Part shown: in pieces, positions 19,456-30,038 of the stretch
Position numbering within the stretch: the stretch's first letter is position 1
Layout: the number at the start of each line of letters is the position of its first letter
Source of the DNA: Clostridiales bacterium
GTDB lineage: Bacteria > Bacillota > Clostridia > Christensenellales > UBA1242
Direction of reading: 5' to 3'
DNA: 50,946 bases
NCBI GenBank assembly: GCA_015069385.1
Contig: SVIS01000003.1
Span: 62,001-112,946 of the forward strand
The notes under the pieces: generated by a model
Databases searched by the model: none
What the model was told of the DNA's origin: nothing
The model's input: the letters and a program-made list of their open reading frames with translations, nothing else
Made by a program: the position numbers and the translations under genes

Positions 19456-20320
19456 AAAGCCTTATTAAATGTTCATAAATATCTACTTTGGTTGTGTTAT
19501 AAAAATTATATAAATTTGCAGTTGGGTTTACTTCGCACACAAGCGAACCAGTTACTCCACGCAACATATCTACTACAGCAAAATCACACCCCATTGCATT
19601 TGTTGCCTCTATGGCAAGTTTGGTTTCTACAATAGTTGGAATATAAGGTGTAAGCCTGCCACCTAAACTTGCATTACTTCTAAAATTTCCATCGGCACTT
19701 TCACGGCGTAGTGCTGTAATAACTTTGCCTTTTATAACAACAATACGAACATCTGTGCCAGCCGATTCGGCAATAAATTCTTGAAGCAAAATGCCTTCAC
19801 CCTTAAATTTGTCTATTACAGCAAAAACATCTTCTTTGCGCTTAGCAAGATAAACACCCTCACCAGATTCACCATACCATTTTTTAATAACAATTGGTAA
19901 TGATAATTCATTTATCGCTTCATTAACAAATTTTTCAATACCTTCCCTTTTATAAACATTTAAAGCTGGTAATATAAAGGTTTTTGGAATGCTAATTTTA
20001 TGAGCAATCATTTCTTGATATAAATTTGCTTTATTTTCGCAAAGCAAAAATGCACGACTATTATTTATTACCCGCATGCCAAGCATTTCTAAATTTTTGG
20101 CAAGGTATGCATCGTGGTCAAAAAATAAACAACAATCATAATTTAAATTGCCAGAAAAACTTTTAACCGAGTTTGTGTTTAAAAATGTATAAACCTCAGA
20201 ATTACTTTTTAATGTTACATCAAAATTATATTTTTTTGCCATTTCTAATAAACGAGCATTTTTTTCCTTAAATTTTTCATCCGGAATACTTTCGTTAAAA
20301 ACAACTAATAAATTTTTCAT
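19442..20320 (-). CDS. ATP-grasp domain protein (RimK / alpha-L-glutamate-ligase-like)
   Basis: ATP-grasp C-terminal pattern 'LLQEFIAESAGTDVRIVVIKGKV...EVNPT'. Overlaps the GT4 gene by 14 bp. Confidence 0.55.
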   Translation of the reverse strand: MKNLLVVFNESIPDEKFKEKNARLLEMAKKYNFDVTLKSNSEVYTFLNTNSVKSFSGNLNYDCCLFFDHDAYLAKNLEMLGMRVINNSRAFLLCENKANLYQEMIAHKISIPKTFILPALNVYKREGIEKFVNEAINELSLPIVIKKWYGESGEGVYLAKRKEDVFAVIDKFKGEGILLQEFIAESAGTDVRIVVIKGKVITALRRESADGNFRSNASLGGRLTPYIPTIVETKLAIEATNAMGCDFAVVDMLRGVTGSLVCEVNPTANLYNFYNTTKVDIYEHLIRLCAKK

Positions 20321-20364
20321 AGTTTCTCCATTATGTTATTTCTTATATAGTTTAACATAAGAAA

Positions 20365-21612
20365 CTATTTTTGTAAATGTTTGTTTATAATAGCAACTAT
20401 TTTATTTTTAAATTGTTCTTGGCAAATTATAACAAAATTATTATCTTTTGCTAAAAAATCACAAAATAGTGCCATGTTTTTTACCTTTTTTTGTATTTTT
20501 TTAATTATTTTTAAATCAAATTCTGTAATTTTAATGTTCGAAAACATTGTAATTTTTACACAGTTAGAAGTTTGAATAATATCTTTTAATTTAGAAAATT
20601 TATTTTTTGGAACATACACCTGCTTACAAATTATAAAATAACCTGTGTTAAGTTTAATAATTTTTTCTATATGAGTCCAACTTTTTATTTTATTAAAACT
20701 ATTTGATATGTCACTCAAATATATTACAAGTACTTTATTAACACATATAAAAAGGTTAGAAAAACAAAAATCGGAGTTCACTAAGATAGTTCCTGCTGCA
20801 TTTGGTATGTTTGTATTTTTAACCATTAAAATAACACGTGAATTTTTAAGTTCTTTAAACGCGCTTTTATGTACAACTTCTGTACCAGCATCTGCCATAA
20901 ACTCAGCAGTTTTATAATTTAAAATAGGTAAACTCTTTGCTTTAGTAAATAACGTAGGAGTTTTATCAAAAACACCATTTACATCTGTATAATTTTCATA
21001 TACCTCTGCATTTAAAACCTTTGCAATAATTGCTCCTGTAATATCAGAGCCACCACGCTCAAAAGTTATAATGTTTCCATTAATGTCGCCACCATAATAA
21101 CCACCAATTACAAACTTTTTTTGATTGGGTAATTTTTTAAATCTGGTTTGAGTTTGTTTATAGTTAATTTTGCCTTCTTTATTAAAAATTATATAATCTT
21201 TTGCATCTAAAAATGTAAAACCTAAAAACTTAGCATATAGTTTTGCACTTAAATATTCTCCTCTAGAAACCAAAAAATCTTTATTTGCCACTCCATGTTT
21301 TAAATAAGATAATATTAATTGTTTATCTTTTTCAAAATTTATGTCTACTTTTAACTTTTTTGCCATATTTTCATATCTTTTAAAAACATTTTGTAATTTG
21401 TCACAATAGTCAAGACCTAATTTATAGGCATAAAATATTTCAAAAAGGCAATCTGTAACTTTTTTTTCTTCGGTTTCACTTTTACCAAGTGCAGAAACAA
21501 CCACAAATTGACAATTAGCATTTTTAAGCACAATATCTTTTATATTTTTGGCGCTACAAAAACCAGCAACACTTGTGCCGCCAAACTTACAAACAATCAT
21601 ATTCTTGCCCAA
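20365..21612 (-). CDS. lysC: Aspartate kinase
   Basis: Amino-acid-kinase motif 'KFGGTSV' and a C-terminal ACT-like region. Sits immediately downstream of dapA. Confidence 0.7.
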   Translation of the reverse strand: MGKNMIVCKFGGTSVAGFCSAKNIKDIVLKNANCQFVVVSALGKSETEEKKVTDCLFEIFYAYKLGLDYCDKLQNVFKRYENMAKKLKVDINFEKDKQLILSYLKHGVANKDFLVSRGEYLSAKLYAKFLGFTFLDAKDYIIFNKEGKINYKQTQTRFKKLPNQKKFVIGGYYGGDINGNIITFERGGSDITGAIIAKVLNAEVYENYTDVNGVFDKTPTLFTKAKSLPILNYKTAEFMADAGTEVVHKSAFKELKNSRVILMVKNTNIPNAAGTILVNSDFCFSNLFICVNKVLVIYLSDISNSFNKIKSWTHIEKIIKLNTGYFIICKQVYVPKNKFSKLKDIIQTSNCVKITMFSNIKITEFDLKIIKKIQKKVKNMALFCDFLAKDNNFVIICQEQFKNKIVAIINKHLQK

Positions 21613-22486
21613 TTATTTTTTCGAGTTCAAATTTTAGTTTTTCAAAATTCTCTTTACTAATTTTTGTAAGAGGCAACCTTAGTTCGTTTTTGCAAAGCCC
21701 CAAATGCCATAAAGCAGCTTTAACAGGTATAGGGTTTACCTCAACAAAAAGTACTTTTATAATATCGTGTACACCCCTTTGCAATATGAACATTTTTTCA
21801 TATTGTTTTTCTTTTGAGAAATTACACATTTTAACAACCAGTTTTGGCAAAACATTAGAAAGTACAGATATAGTTCCACTAGCGCCCATGCTCATAAATA
21901 TTGCGTTTAAACTATCTTCCCCAGAATAAATGGAAATTTTAGACCCAACCAATTTAAAGATTTGTAAAACTTGTTCTATATTTCCACTTGCCTCTTTAAC
22001 CCCATTAATATTTTTAATTTTTGCCAAAGACAGCATAGTTTCAGGCAAAATATTTACACCCGTTCGCCCCGGCACGTTATAAACAATAATTGGCAGTTCA
22101 CCGCTACTAGCAATTGCTTTATAATGCTCTATAATTCCTTTTTGTGTACATTTATTGTAATATGGCGTAACAATTAGGGCACCATCGGCACCTAAACTTT
22201 CCGCCTGTTTATATAGTTTTATCGCATGACTAGTTGAGTTTGAACCACAACCAACAATGACTTTAATTTTTTTATCGGCAGTAGCAATTGCCGTTTTAAT
22301 AATTTTTTCTCTCTCAATTTCGCTTATTGTTGCAGGCTCGCCTGTTGTACCAAGCACAATAATTGCACTTACGCCAGCCTTTATTTGCCTTTGAATTAAT
22401 CCTTTTAAAGCCAAATAATCAATCTCATTACCACTAAAAGGAGTAACTAACGCTGTACCTACTCCATTAAATATTTCATTTTTCAT
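21587..22486 (-). CDS. dapA: 4-hydroxy-tetrahydrodipicolinate synthase
   Basis: 'GTALVTPF...VLGTTGE' DHDPS signature. 299 aa. Confidence 0.85.
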   Translation of the reverse strand: MKNEIFNGVGTALVTPFSGNEIDYLALKGLIQRQIKAGVSAIIVLGTTGEPATISEIEREKIIKTAIATADKKIKVIVGCGSNSTSHAIKLYKQAESLGADGALIVTPYYNKCTQKGIIEHYKAIASSGELPIIVYNVPGRTGVNILPETMLSLAKIKNINGVKEASGNIEQVLQIFKLVGSKISIYSGEDSLNAIFMSMGASGTISVLSNVLPKLVVKMCNFSKEKQYEKMFILQRGVHDIIKVLFVEVNPIPVKAALWHLGLCKNELRLPLTKISKENFEKLKFELEKIIGQEYDCL

Positions 22487-22557
22487 ATTCTTTTATTATG
22501 TATTTTATTATCTTTTTGTTAAAAAAACCGACAATACATGTCGGTTTTTTTAATTTT

Positions 22558-23172
22558 TTAGTTATCCGCCAAAGGTACCATAAAATAGCCTTGATCGTAA
22601 CCACACATTGGACAATTTTTAGGTGCTTCCTTTTCGGTTAATTCTGTACCACAATTTGTACATTTCCATTTATTCATCTTTTGCATTCTATACATTTTGC
22701 CGCTAGACATTTTTTCATATAGTTCTTTCAACAATAAATGATGGCAATGCTCAACTTGAACAACATGGTGAAAAGCGTTTGCAACATCTTGATAACCTTC
22801 ATCTAAGGCAGTTTGTTCAAAATGTTTATAAATTTCATCACACTCATGAAGTTCTACATCACTTTCCATTTTTAAAGATTCTGGCATTACATAATTTGGA
22901 AACGGAAAGCCGAAGCATAAATCAATATTATCATAACCCCAATCTTTACAATCGGTTGCATCACCAAGTTTGCCTTTATTTAATAAAAAATCATAAAACA
23001 CTCTTGCATGTGCCATTTCGTTTTTTGCAAGCATTTTTAATGTGTTAGATATAAAGCCATAACCATTTGCTTTTGCGTCTTTTGCCATAAATTGATATCT
23101 AGCCCCACCGGTAACTTCGGCAACAAATGCCCTTGCTAAATTGTCTTTAGTTTTACTTTCATCAAAATTCAT
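22558..23172 (-). CDS. rbr: Rubrerythrin
   Basis: N-terminal ferritin-like di-iron domain plus a C-terminal rubredoxin-like 'CTNCG...CPMCG'. A terminator hairpin 'aaaaaaccgaca..gtcggttttttt' lies at about 22524-22551. Confidence 0.85.
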   Translation of the reverse strand: MNFDESKTKDNLARAFVAEVTGGARYQFMAKDAKANGYGFISNTLKMLAKNEMAHARVFYDFLLNKGKLGDATDCKDWGYDNIDLCFGFPFPNYVMPESLKMESDVELHECDEIYKHFEQTALDEGYQDVANAFHHVVQVEHCHHLLLKELYEKMSSGKMYRMQKMNKWKCTNCGTELTEKEAPKNCPMCGYDQGYFMVPLADN

Positions 23173-23605
23173 AACTACTCCTTTTAAATCAAGAATAGTT
23201 TTGCCAAATATTTAAAAATCATACGCTAAAAATCTTACAAACACAAAAATTATAATTAATTAAAGCCCCGGAAACTACTCTTAGAAGCAATAGAAAATCA
23301 TTAAAATAACTTTTCTATCACTCATTTTATCAATTATTATTTAAATTATGTCAAATATAACAAAATCTCAATCAAATTGACTATCTTTTCTGACTTTTAA
23401 TCAACTCAACCAAATATCGCAGTTACGATTTGATGCACTTTAGAACATTTTGGCAGTTTGAGCGCACTTACCAAGTTAAAAATGCTAAACAGTAGTTTTT
23501 GATGTATTTCTAAAATTTTTATAAAATGGTTGTAAGAAAAACAAAAAAAGTGATATAGATATTAATATCTATTAGTACAATATATGTAAATTTTTAGGAG
23601 GAAGA

Positions 23606-24523
23606 ATGAAAAAGAAAATTATTAGTTTAAATTTACTTTTATGTTTAAGTTTTCTTTGTATTTGCTTAACAGGTTGTTTCTCTCCAAGAGTTGAGAAATT
23701 AGAGGTTCAATATACATCTAATATTCAATTCTTTGTAGGTGAAGATTGGCACGATGATTTAATTAAGGGAACTGCAATTTATTCAGATGATACTGAAAAA
23801 GATGTAACAGAAGATTTGAATATTGATACTTCTGATTATGACAAAACACAAGTTGGAGAATACGATATTGTATTTGAATATGAAGATATTGAAGTAAAAT
23901 ATCAAGTAAAAGTTGTTGAAGAAATGACTAACTTAACTTCAATTCAAAAACGAATTGAGCCTTGCTTCCAAAATGCTTTTAAAGCACAAAATGGTGTTTT
24001 AGAATTTTCTGCTACAATTTCTGAATATGTTGAAGAAGATTTATATTTAAAACAAACAATTCAATATAAACTTGAGAATAATACTCTAAAAGAATATTAT
24101 AAACTTGAATATACAAATGAAAGCGAATCAGATTGTATGTCTCTATTTGAAATTCTTTATGTAGGAGATTTAACTAACGGAACTTTAACAAACAAATACT
24201 ATACTACTGATGATGATATTACATATTATTATGATGTGAATTCAAAACAAGGAACATGGGTAGAGTTTGAAGAAGCAATCCCTCAAATTGCAACATTATA
24301 TGGAGCTTCAACTTATGTAGATGCTAAACAATGGTTAAATTTTTATACTGACTACTATCCAAATATTTATCCATTAAAATTAACAAAATCGGCAAATACA
24401 TATACAATAAAACTATCAAATAATCAAACTATCAAAATTGACAACGAAGGATATATGTCTGAATATTGTGGAATAGAATTCTCAAAAACTACTAATATCC
24501 CAAGCGAATTAACAGCAGAATAA
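23606..24523 (+). CDS. Lipoprotein, function unknown
   Basis: Signal peptide with the lipobox 'LTGC'. RBS 'aggagg'. A terminator hairpin lies at about 24531-24560. Confidence 0.5.
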   Translation: MKKKIISLNLLLCLSFLCICLTGCFSPRVEKLEVQYTSNIQFFVGEDWHDDLIKGTAIYSDDTEKDVTEDLNIDTSDYDKTQVGEYDIVFEYEDIEVKYQVKVVEEMTNLTSIQKRIEPCFQNAFKAQNGVLEFSATISEYVEEDLYLKQTIQYKLENNTLKEYYKLEYTNESESDCMSLFEILYVGDLTNGTLTNKYYTTDDDITYYYDVNSKQGTWVEFEEAIPQIATLYGASTYVDAKQWLNFYTDYYPNIYPLKLTKSANTYTIKLSNNQTIKIDNEGYMSEYCGIEFSKTTNIPSELTAE

Positions 24524-24765
24524 AAATTATAGGAACTATCCCGTGTTGGATAGTTCTTTTATTATATGGAGAAAATATATGAGATTATAGCAATTAATAT
24601 AGTTTTAATTATGTTAATCAAGAGATTATAATAGGTCTTATTATGCTCCATTGATGTCGTTTGGCACTATAAATCAAAAACCAAGTCAATTAAAACCCCC
24701 GGATAGTTTCCGGGGTTTTCTAATATGAAATAGAGAAGTCATTTTTAATTATAACTGAAAATTAT

Positions 24766-25015
24766 GTTCCCACAGGGAATCGAACCCCGAACTAGCCCTT
24801 AGGAGGGGCACTACTTTTTGAAAAAAAGTTTGTTTAGCCACAGGCGCAACAAGCCCCATTAAACAAACTTTGTAAAACACTAATATTGGTGTTCCCACAG
24901 GGAATCGAACCCCGAACTAGCCCTTAGGAGGGGCTCTACTTTTTGAAAAAAAGTTTGTTTAGCCGCAGGCGCAACAAGCCCCATTAAACAAACTTTGTAA
25001 AACGCTAATATTGGT
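24766..25015 (-). repeat. Two tandem 125-bp units, each made of a tRNA-Arg 3' fragment (anticodon stem to CCA, about 48 nt) plus about 77 bp of the tRNA-downstream terminator region
   Basis: The units start at 24766 and 24891 and are near-identical, with 3 to 4 substitutions. Each carries the T-arm GGTTCGATTCC and an ACCA tail but lacks the 5' half of the tRNA. The intact tRNA follows at 25012-25086. Confidence 0.8.
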
Positions 25016-25086
25016 GTTCCCACAGGGAATCGAACCCCGAACTAGCCCTTAGGAGGGGCTTGTTATATCCGTTTAACTATGAGAAC
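25012..25086 (-). tRNA. tRNA-Arg (anticodon CCT)
   Basis: Cloverleaf folded by hand with a 7-bp acceptor stem, D-arm, anticodon stem AGCCC/GGGCT, loop CTCCTAA, T-arm GGGGTTCGATTCCCTG and an encoded CCA. Confidence 0.75.
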
Positions 25087-25168
25087 ATGATTATTTGCTT
25101 TTGCAAGTTTAGCACAAATAATGTATAAAAGCAAATATTAATTTTAAATAAGCCCGTGTATAATTATG

Positions 25169-25777
25169 TTATTTTAATAATTTTTCTAATTTTCTTTTTG
25201 TTCGTGCAATTGCATTATCAACTGCCTTTGTAGTAATGTTAATACGTTTTGCAATTTCAAAATAAGAATAGCCACTTAAATAAAGTTGCAACACCCTTTT
25301 TTCTTTTACCGAAAGGTTATTGTTTATTGCCTCATTTAATTCAACTTTTCGCTCTTCTTGCAACATTATATCTTCGGGATCAAGTATGCCAGATGGAATA
25401 TATAAACTTATTTCTTCATCATCTTCATCTTTGCCTTCCATTACTACTGCACCTTGGTTATTTAAAGTCAAACTTTCATTTAGTAATTTATTTTTTAATC
25501 TATTTGCCTTTTTTACAGCCGTTTGAATTGATCTGGTTATACACAAAGTTGCAAAAGATTTGAAACTTGAATATGCTTCGTCATATGTTCTACAAGCACT
25601 ATAAAGTCCAAGCATAGCTTCTTGCAAAATATCTTCACCTTCAGCGCCAATTAAAAAATAACTTCTAGCAATTTTACTTGCAAGCAGTTTATATTTAGAC
25701 AACAAAAAATCTAGTGCTTTTTCATCACCACTTTTATATCTTTTTAAAATTTGCTCATCAGATAATTTACTATACAA
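25169..25777 (-). CDS. sigH: RNA polymerase sigma factor SigH (sigma-70 family, sporulation/stationary phase)
   Basis: 'RSYFLIGAEGEDILQEAMLGLY', 'FATLCITRSI' and the region-4 'LYLSGYSYFEIAKRIN...AVDNAIARTKRKLEKLL' closely parallel Bacillus SigH. Sits downstream of rlmB. Confidence 0.8.
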   Translation of the reverse strand: MYSKLSDEQILKRYKSGDEKALDFLLSKYKLLASKIARSYFLIGAEGEDILQEAMLGLYSACRTYDEAYSSFKSFATLCITRSIQTAVKKANRLKNKLLNESLTLNNQGAVVMEGKDEDDEEISLYIPSGILDPEDIMLQEERKVELNEAINNNLSVKEKRVLQLYLSGYSYFEIAKRINITTKAVDNAIARTKRKLEKLLK

Positions 25778-25804
25778 AACATTTTTCCTTATATTAGCAA
25801 TATT

Positions 25805-26524
25805 TTATCCACGTTGTCTTACAATTTCATAAACTACAACAGCCGTTGCTACACTGGCATTTAAACTATTAACGCTACCTTTTAATTTTATAGATAGTGT
25901 TGCATCACAAAGTTCACGAGAAAGCCTACTAACTCCCTTACCTTCGCTTCCAACCACAACAGCAATTGCACCTTTAAGATTTTGAGAAGTCATTTCTTGA
26001 CCACCTGTTTCTAAACAATAAACCCAAATGCCTTGTTTTTTTAATATTTCTATTGTGTTGTTAATATTTCCAACTCTAGCAATAAGCATATTTGTTGCGG
26101 CACCCGCACTTGTTTTAAGTACTGTATCATTAACGGCACAAGCCCTATGCTCTGGAATAATAATTCCATGCACACCGGCACATTCACACGTTCTAATAAT
26201 TGCACCAAAATTATGCGGATCCTCTATACCATCTAAAATTACAATAAAAGCATCTTCACTTTTTTGTTTTGCTATGTTTAAAATATCTTCCACCTCGCAA
26301 TACTCAAACTCGGTAGTGTAACAAACAAAGCCTTGGTGTCTGTTAGAAGTTTTTTTATCTAACATATCTTTAGATACAAAATCAATGCGAATACCCTTTG
26401 ACTTTGCAAGTTTAATTATTTGATTACTTGCGTTATCTGTTAAATTGTTTTGTACAAACATTTTATTAATTGTTATGTTGTTTTTAAGTGCCTCTAAAAC
26501 AACATTTTTACCCTCTATAATCAT
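25805..26524 (-). CDS. rlmB: 23S rRNA (guanosine-2'-O)-methyltransferase, TrmH/SpoU family
   Basis: SpoU MTase motifs 'IVILDGIEDPHNFGAIIRT' and 'GSEGKGVS'. Confidence 0.8.
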   Translation of the reverse strand: MIIEGKNVVLEALKNNITINKMFVQNNLTDNASNQIIKLAKSKGIRIDFVSKDMLDKKTSNRHQGFVCYTTEFEYCEVEDILNIAKQKSEDAFIVILDGIEDPHNFGAIIRTCECAGVHGIIIPEHRACAVNDTVLKTSAGAATNMLIARVGNINNTIEILKKQGIWVYCLETGGQEMTSQNLKGAIAVVVGSEGKGVSRLSRELCDATLSIKLKGSVNSLNASVATAVVVYEIVRQRG

Positions 26525-26533
26525 ATTAACCTC

Positions 26534-26935
26534 TTATTTTTTTAATATTTCTTCAAGTCTGTTAAAGTCACCTTTTAAATATAAATATCCTACAAGGGCT
26601 TCAAAACTTGTTGCTTTTTTATATGTTTCTAAATCGCTATTTTTTGCAATGTTGTTTGTTTTTGCGTTTCTAGCACGACGTACAATGTTTTGTTCGTCCT
26701 CATTTAACATAGGTAAAATTTGCTGCAACTTAATTGCTTGGCTTTTTGCATTGCACTCTTTTGCACTATGCCCATGACACGACCCGACAAGCATGTTGCA
26801 ATTTTTAACCACTTTGTCACGAACAAACAATGTATGCACCCCATCACCAATAAAAGCAAGAACAATTGGATTAAGTTCTTTAATTTCGGCAAGACTAAGT
26901 GAAGGCATAAATAAATCTTGTAAATTTTGTGACAT
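26534..26935 (-). CDS. mrnC: Mini-ribonuclease III
   Basis: 133 aa. The RNase III-like signature 'LAFIGDGVHTLFVRD' matches the YazC/Mini-III type. Confidence 0.75.
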   Translation of the reverse strand: MSQNLQDLFMPSLSLAEIKELNPIVLAFIGDGVHTLFVRDKVVKNCNMLVGSCHGHSAKECNAKSQAIKLQQILPMLNEDEQNIVRRARNAKTNNIAKNSDLETYKKATSFEALVGYLYLKGDFNRLEEILKK

Positions 26936-27129
26936 AATTATTCCTTTTATTCCAAAAATATTTTAAATCTTTTTTACAATTTTTACAATAGATTTTTGCA
27001 TATTGCATTAACATTTAATTATTTGAATAAATACAAATTTAATATGAATAAATTATTCGTGCATTTTTTAATTACATTTTTGCAAACATGCTCCGCAAAC
27101 CGAAATGTTTTTCACGAAAATAAAGGAAA

Positions 27130-27253
27130 TGGGGATAAGTTTTAAAAGTTATCCACATTTCCACAAACTAATGTTTATACATTTTAGTTAATAATTATTC
27201 AATTTTTATGCAAAATGGGCAAATTGGGGATAAATATGGAGAAGTTATCCACA
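27130..27253. promoter_or_regulatory. Cluster of four consensus or near-consensus DnaA boxes next to an AT-rich tract (candidate oriC segment or DnaA-box cluster)
   Basis: TTATCCACA at 27149-27157 and 27245-27253. TGGGGATAA (reverse complement of TTATCCCCA) at 27130-27138 and 27225-27233. The boxes form two convergent pairs inside a roughly 35-bp direct repeat. A highly AT-rich stretch lies at 26940-27060. Confidence 0.55.
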
Positions 27254-27365
27254 TTTCCACATTAAATGTTTGAAAAATTTTAAAATAGTATTGTATTTTA
27301 CTTGACACCACTATATGTTGGGCTGTTTGTCATAAAACTCAAAAGTTTGTCAAATCAAACATTTT

Positions 27366-28070
27366 TTATAGCGGCTTAACTCTTGGCAGGTTTTTGCTTC
27401 TAGGATATTTTGTTGGTGTAGTTTTAACTTTGTCAACAACTACAAAAGCACGCTCAGCATCAATTTCTTCAATAAACACTTTTTGTACTTGTTTAACCTT
27501 TCCTCCTAAAAGTTCTATTGCATTTTTAGCAAGAAGAATCTCCTCTTCGTAGTTGCTACCTTTTAATGCTACAAATTGCCCACCTAATTTTACAAATGGA
27601 ATACAATATTCGCTTAAAGTATTCAACCCTGCAACAGCGCGAGCAACAGCAATATCAAACTTTTCTCTATTAGCCAAAGCATAATCTTCGGCTCTTGCAT
27701 GAATTGCTTGTATATCTTTTAGTCCAAGTGAATTTATAACCATATTTAAAAAGTTTACCCGTTTGTTTAAACTATCTAACATAACAATATTAAGGTCTGG
27801 GCGAATTATTTTAAGAGGAATACTAGGAAACCCTGCGCCAGCGCCTATATCAATAACACTTGAACCTTTTTTTAACAAAGCATGTGGCAAACAACAATCT
27901 AAAAAATGTTTTATTGCAAAATCTGATTTTTCTGTAATTGCCGTTAAGTTATATTTTTTATTTTCTTCAATAACTAGGTTATAAAACATAATAAGTGAGT
28001 CAATTTGTTGTTGAGTAACATCTATATTATATTTTTTAAAAAGTTCGCTTAAAAGTTGTTCCATAAACAA
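27366..28070 (-). CDS. rsmG: 16S rRNA (guanine527-N7)-methyltransferase
   Basis: GidB family, with the SAM motif 'VIDIGAGAGFP'. Confidence 0.85.
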   Translation of the reverse strand: MFMEQLLSELFKKYNIDVTQQQIDSLIMFYNLVIEENKKYNLTAITEKSDFAIKHFLDCCLPHALLKKGSSVIDIGAGAGFPSIPLKIIRPDLNIVMLDSLNKRVNFLNMVINSLGLKDIQAIHARAEDYALANREKFDIAVARAVAGLNTLSEYCIPFVKLGGQFVALKGSNYEEEILLAKNAIELLGGKVKQVQKVFIEEIDAERAFVVVDKVKTTPTKYPRSKNLPRVKPL

Positions 28071-28075
28071 TCCTT

Positions 28076-29932
28076 TTATTTAATTGATTTTAAATAGATT
28101 ATTAAAACAGAAATATCTGCAGGGCTAACACCGGAAATTCTTGAGGCTTGACCAACATTTAGTGGACGAATTTTATCTAATTTTTCTCTTGCCTCCATTC
28201 TAAGACCCTTTAAACTTAAATAATCAATATTTTCAGGAATTTTAATTGCTTCTTGTTTTAAAAGTTTAGCGATGTCTTCATCTTCTTGTGCAATGTATCC
28301 CTCATATTTAACTTCAGTGTTTACATATTCTAAAATTCGCTTATCGTAATTAGTAAACAAACCATAATATTCTTCTATATCAAAAATATTAATATTGCTG
28401 CGTTTTATCGCTTTTTTAACACTCATTCCAACCGTAGGAGCACTTTCACCTTTTGCTTTAAAAAGCGCAAAAAGAGTATCATCTAATTTTAGTTTTGTGT
28501 CTAATAAAGCCTTAACCTTTAAAACCTGTGCTTGCTTTTGTTTAAATGCATTATACCTAACATCATTTACAAGCCCAATTTTTCTACCTATTTCAGTTAG
28601 CCTTACATCAGCATTATCTTGCCTTAACACAAGCCTGTATTCAGCTCGAGACGTCATCATTCTGTAAGGCTCGTTTGTGCCTTTTGTTACTAAATCATCA
28701 ATTAAAACGCCAATATATGCCTCGTTACGCTTTAACACTAATTGCTCTTTTTCTTCTAAAGCAAGTGCGGCATTTATTCCAGCAATAAGTCCTTGCGCAG
28801 CAGCCTCTTCATAGCCGCTTGTGCCATTTACTTGACCAGCAAAAAATAAATTCTTTACTAATTTACTTTCAAGCGTTGGTTTTAACTGGGTGGAGTCAAT
28901 AGCATCATATTCGATTGCATAAGCATCACGCATTAGCATTGCGTTCTCTAACCCCTTAATGCTTGAATACATTAACTTTTGAACATCTACCGGAAGCGAA
29001 GTAGAAACGCCTTGAACATAATATTCATTAGTGTTTAACCCTTCGGGTTCTAAAAATATTTGATGCCTATCTTTATCTGCAAATCTTACAATTTTACTTT
29101 CTATGCTAGGGCAATATCTTGGACCAACCGAAGATATTTCCCCATTATACATAGGTGCTCTATTTAAATTATCTAAAATAATTTTGTGAGTGTTTAAATT
29201 TGTATAAGTTAAATAACAACAAGTTTTATTTTCAGGTGTTTGCTCACTTAAAAAACTAAAACTTTGAATATTATTATCACCTTTTTGGATTTCCATAGCA
29301 GAAAAATCAATTGTTCTGCCATTTAATCTTGCAGGGGTACCTGTTTTAAATCTTATAATACTATGCCCTAAACTTGCAAGGCTTTCTGTTAAATCTTCTG
29401 CTCTTGAAAAGCCGTTTGGACCAACGTTTTTAGAATACTCACCAATAATAATTCTACTTTTTAAATAAACCCCTGTAGCAACAACAATTGTTTTAGCATA
29501 ATATGTTTCACCCTGCTGAGTAACAACACCACTAACTTGCCCACCTGCAGTTAAAATTTGTTTTACTTCGGCTTGTTTAATAAATACATTTGGCTCATTT
29601 TCAAGCACTCGTTTCATACGATTATGGTATTCTTGCTTATCGACCTGTGCTCTTAACGAATAAACGGCTGGACCTTTGCCTGCATTTAACATTCTAATTT
29701 GAATGCTTGTAGCATCGGTATTAATACCCATTTCGCCACCAAGAGCATCAATCTCACATACCAAATGTCCTTTAGCCGTGCCCCCTATGGATGGATTGCA
29801 TGCCAAAAAAGAGATAGCATCTAACGATATTGTTAATAATGCCACTTTGTGTCCTTTTCTTGCAAGGGCCAAACAAGCCTCTACACCTGCATGTCCAGCG
29901 CCTATTACTATGGAATCAAATTGTTCGTTCAT
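28076..29932 (-). CDS. mnmG: tRNA uridine 5-carboxymethylaminomethyl modification enzyme
   Basis: FAD-binding '[11 protein letters not shown]'. 618 aa. Pairs with rsmG as in other bacteria. Confidence 0.9.
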   Translation of the reverse strand: MNEQFDSIVIGAGHAGVEACLALARKGHKVALLTISLDAISFLACNPSIGGTAKGHLVCEIDALGGEMGINTDATSIQIRMLNAGKGPAVYSLRAQVDKQEYHNRMKRVLENEPNVFIKQAEVKQILTAGGQVSGVVTQQGETYYAKTIVVATGVYLKSRIIIGEYSKNVGPNGFSRAEDLTESLASLGHSIIRFKTGTPARLNGRTIDFSAMEIQKGDNNIQSFSFLSEQTPENKTCCYLTYTNLNTHKIILDNLNRAPMYNGEISSVGPRYCPSIESKIVRFADKDRHQIFLEPEGLNTNEYYVQGVSTSLPVDVQKLMYSSIKGLENAMLMRDAYAIEYDAIDSTQLKPTLESKLVKNLFFAGQVNGTSGYEEAAAQGLIAGINAALALEEKEQLVLKRNEAYIGVLIDDLVTKGTNEPYRMMTSRAEYRLVLRQDNADVRLTEIGRKIGLVNDVRYNAFKQKQAQVLKVKALLDTKLKLDDTLFALFKAKGESAPTVGMSVKKAIKRSNINIFDIEEYYGLFTNYDKRILEYVNTEVKYEGYIAQEDEDIAKLLKQEAIKIPENIDYLSLKGLRMEAREKLDKIRPLNVGQASRISGVSPADISVLIIYLKSIK

Positions 29933-30038
29933 ACTTTATGCTCCCAAAAATCAACAAATTGTACCACAATTTATATGCCATTTACAATACAAAAAAGGAA
30001 GAAATTTAAATTTCCTCCTTATTTTAAGCAATATTAAA

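Noticed and set aside
23240-23270. Possible PerR/Fur-type box (TTATAATTAATTAAA) upstream of rubrerythrin
   Set aside because: Only one half-site matches the 7-1-7 consensus well. Such AT-rich strings are common in this genome.
24766-25015. Tandem near-identical 125-bp repeats considered as a possible CRISPR array
   Set aside because: The units are contiguous with no unique spacers, the repeat is tRNA-derived and 125 bp long, and no cas genes are present. It is a tandem duplication or att-scar array, not CRISPR.
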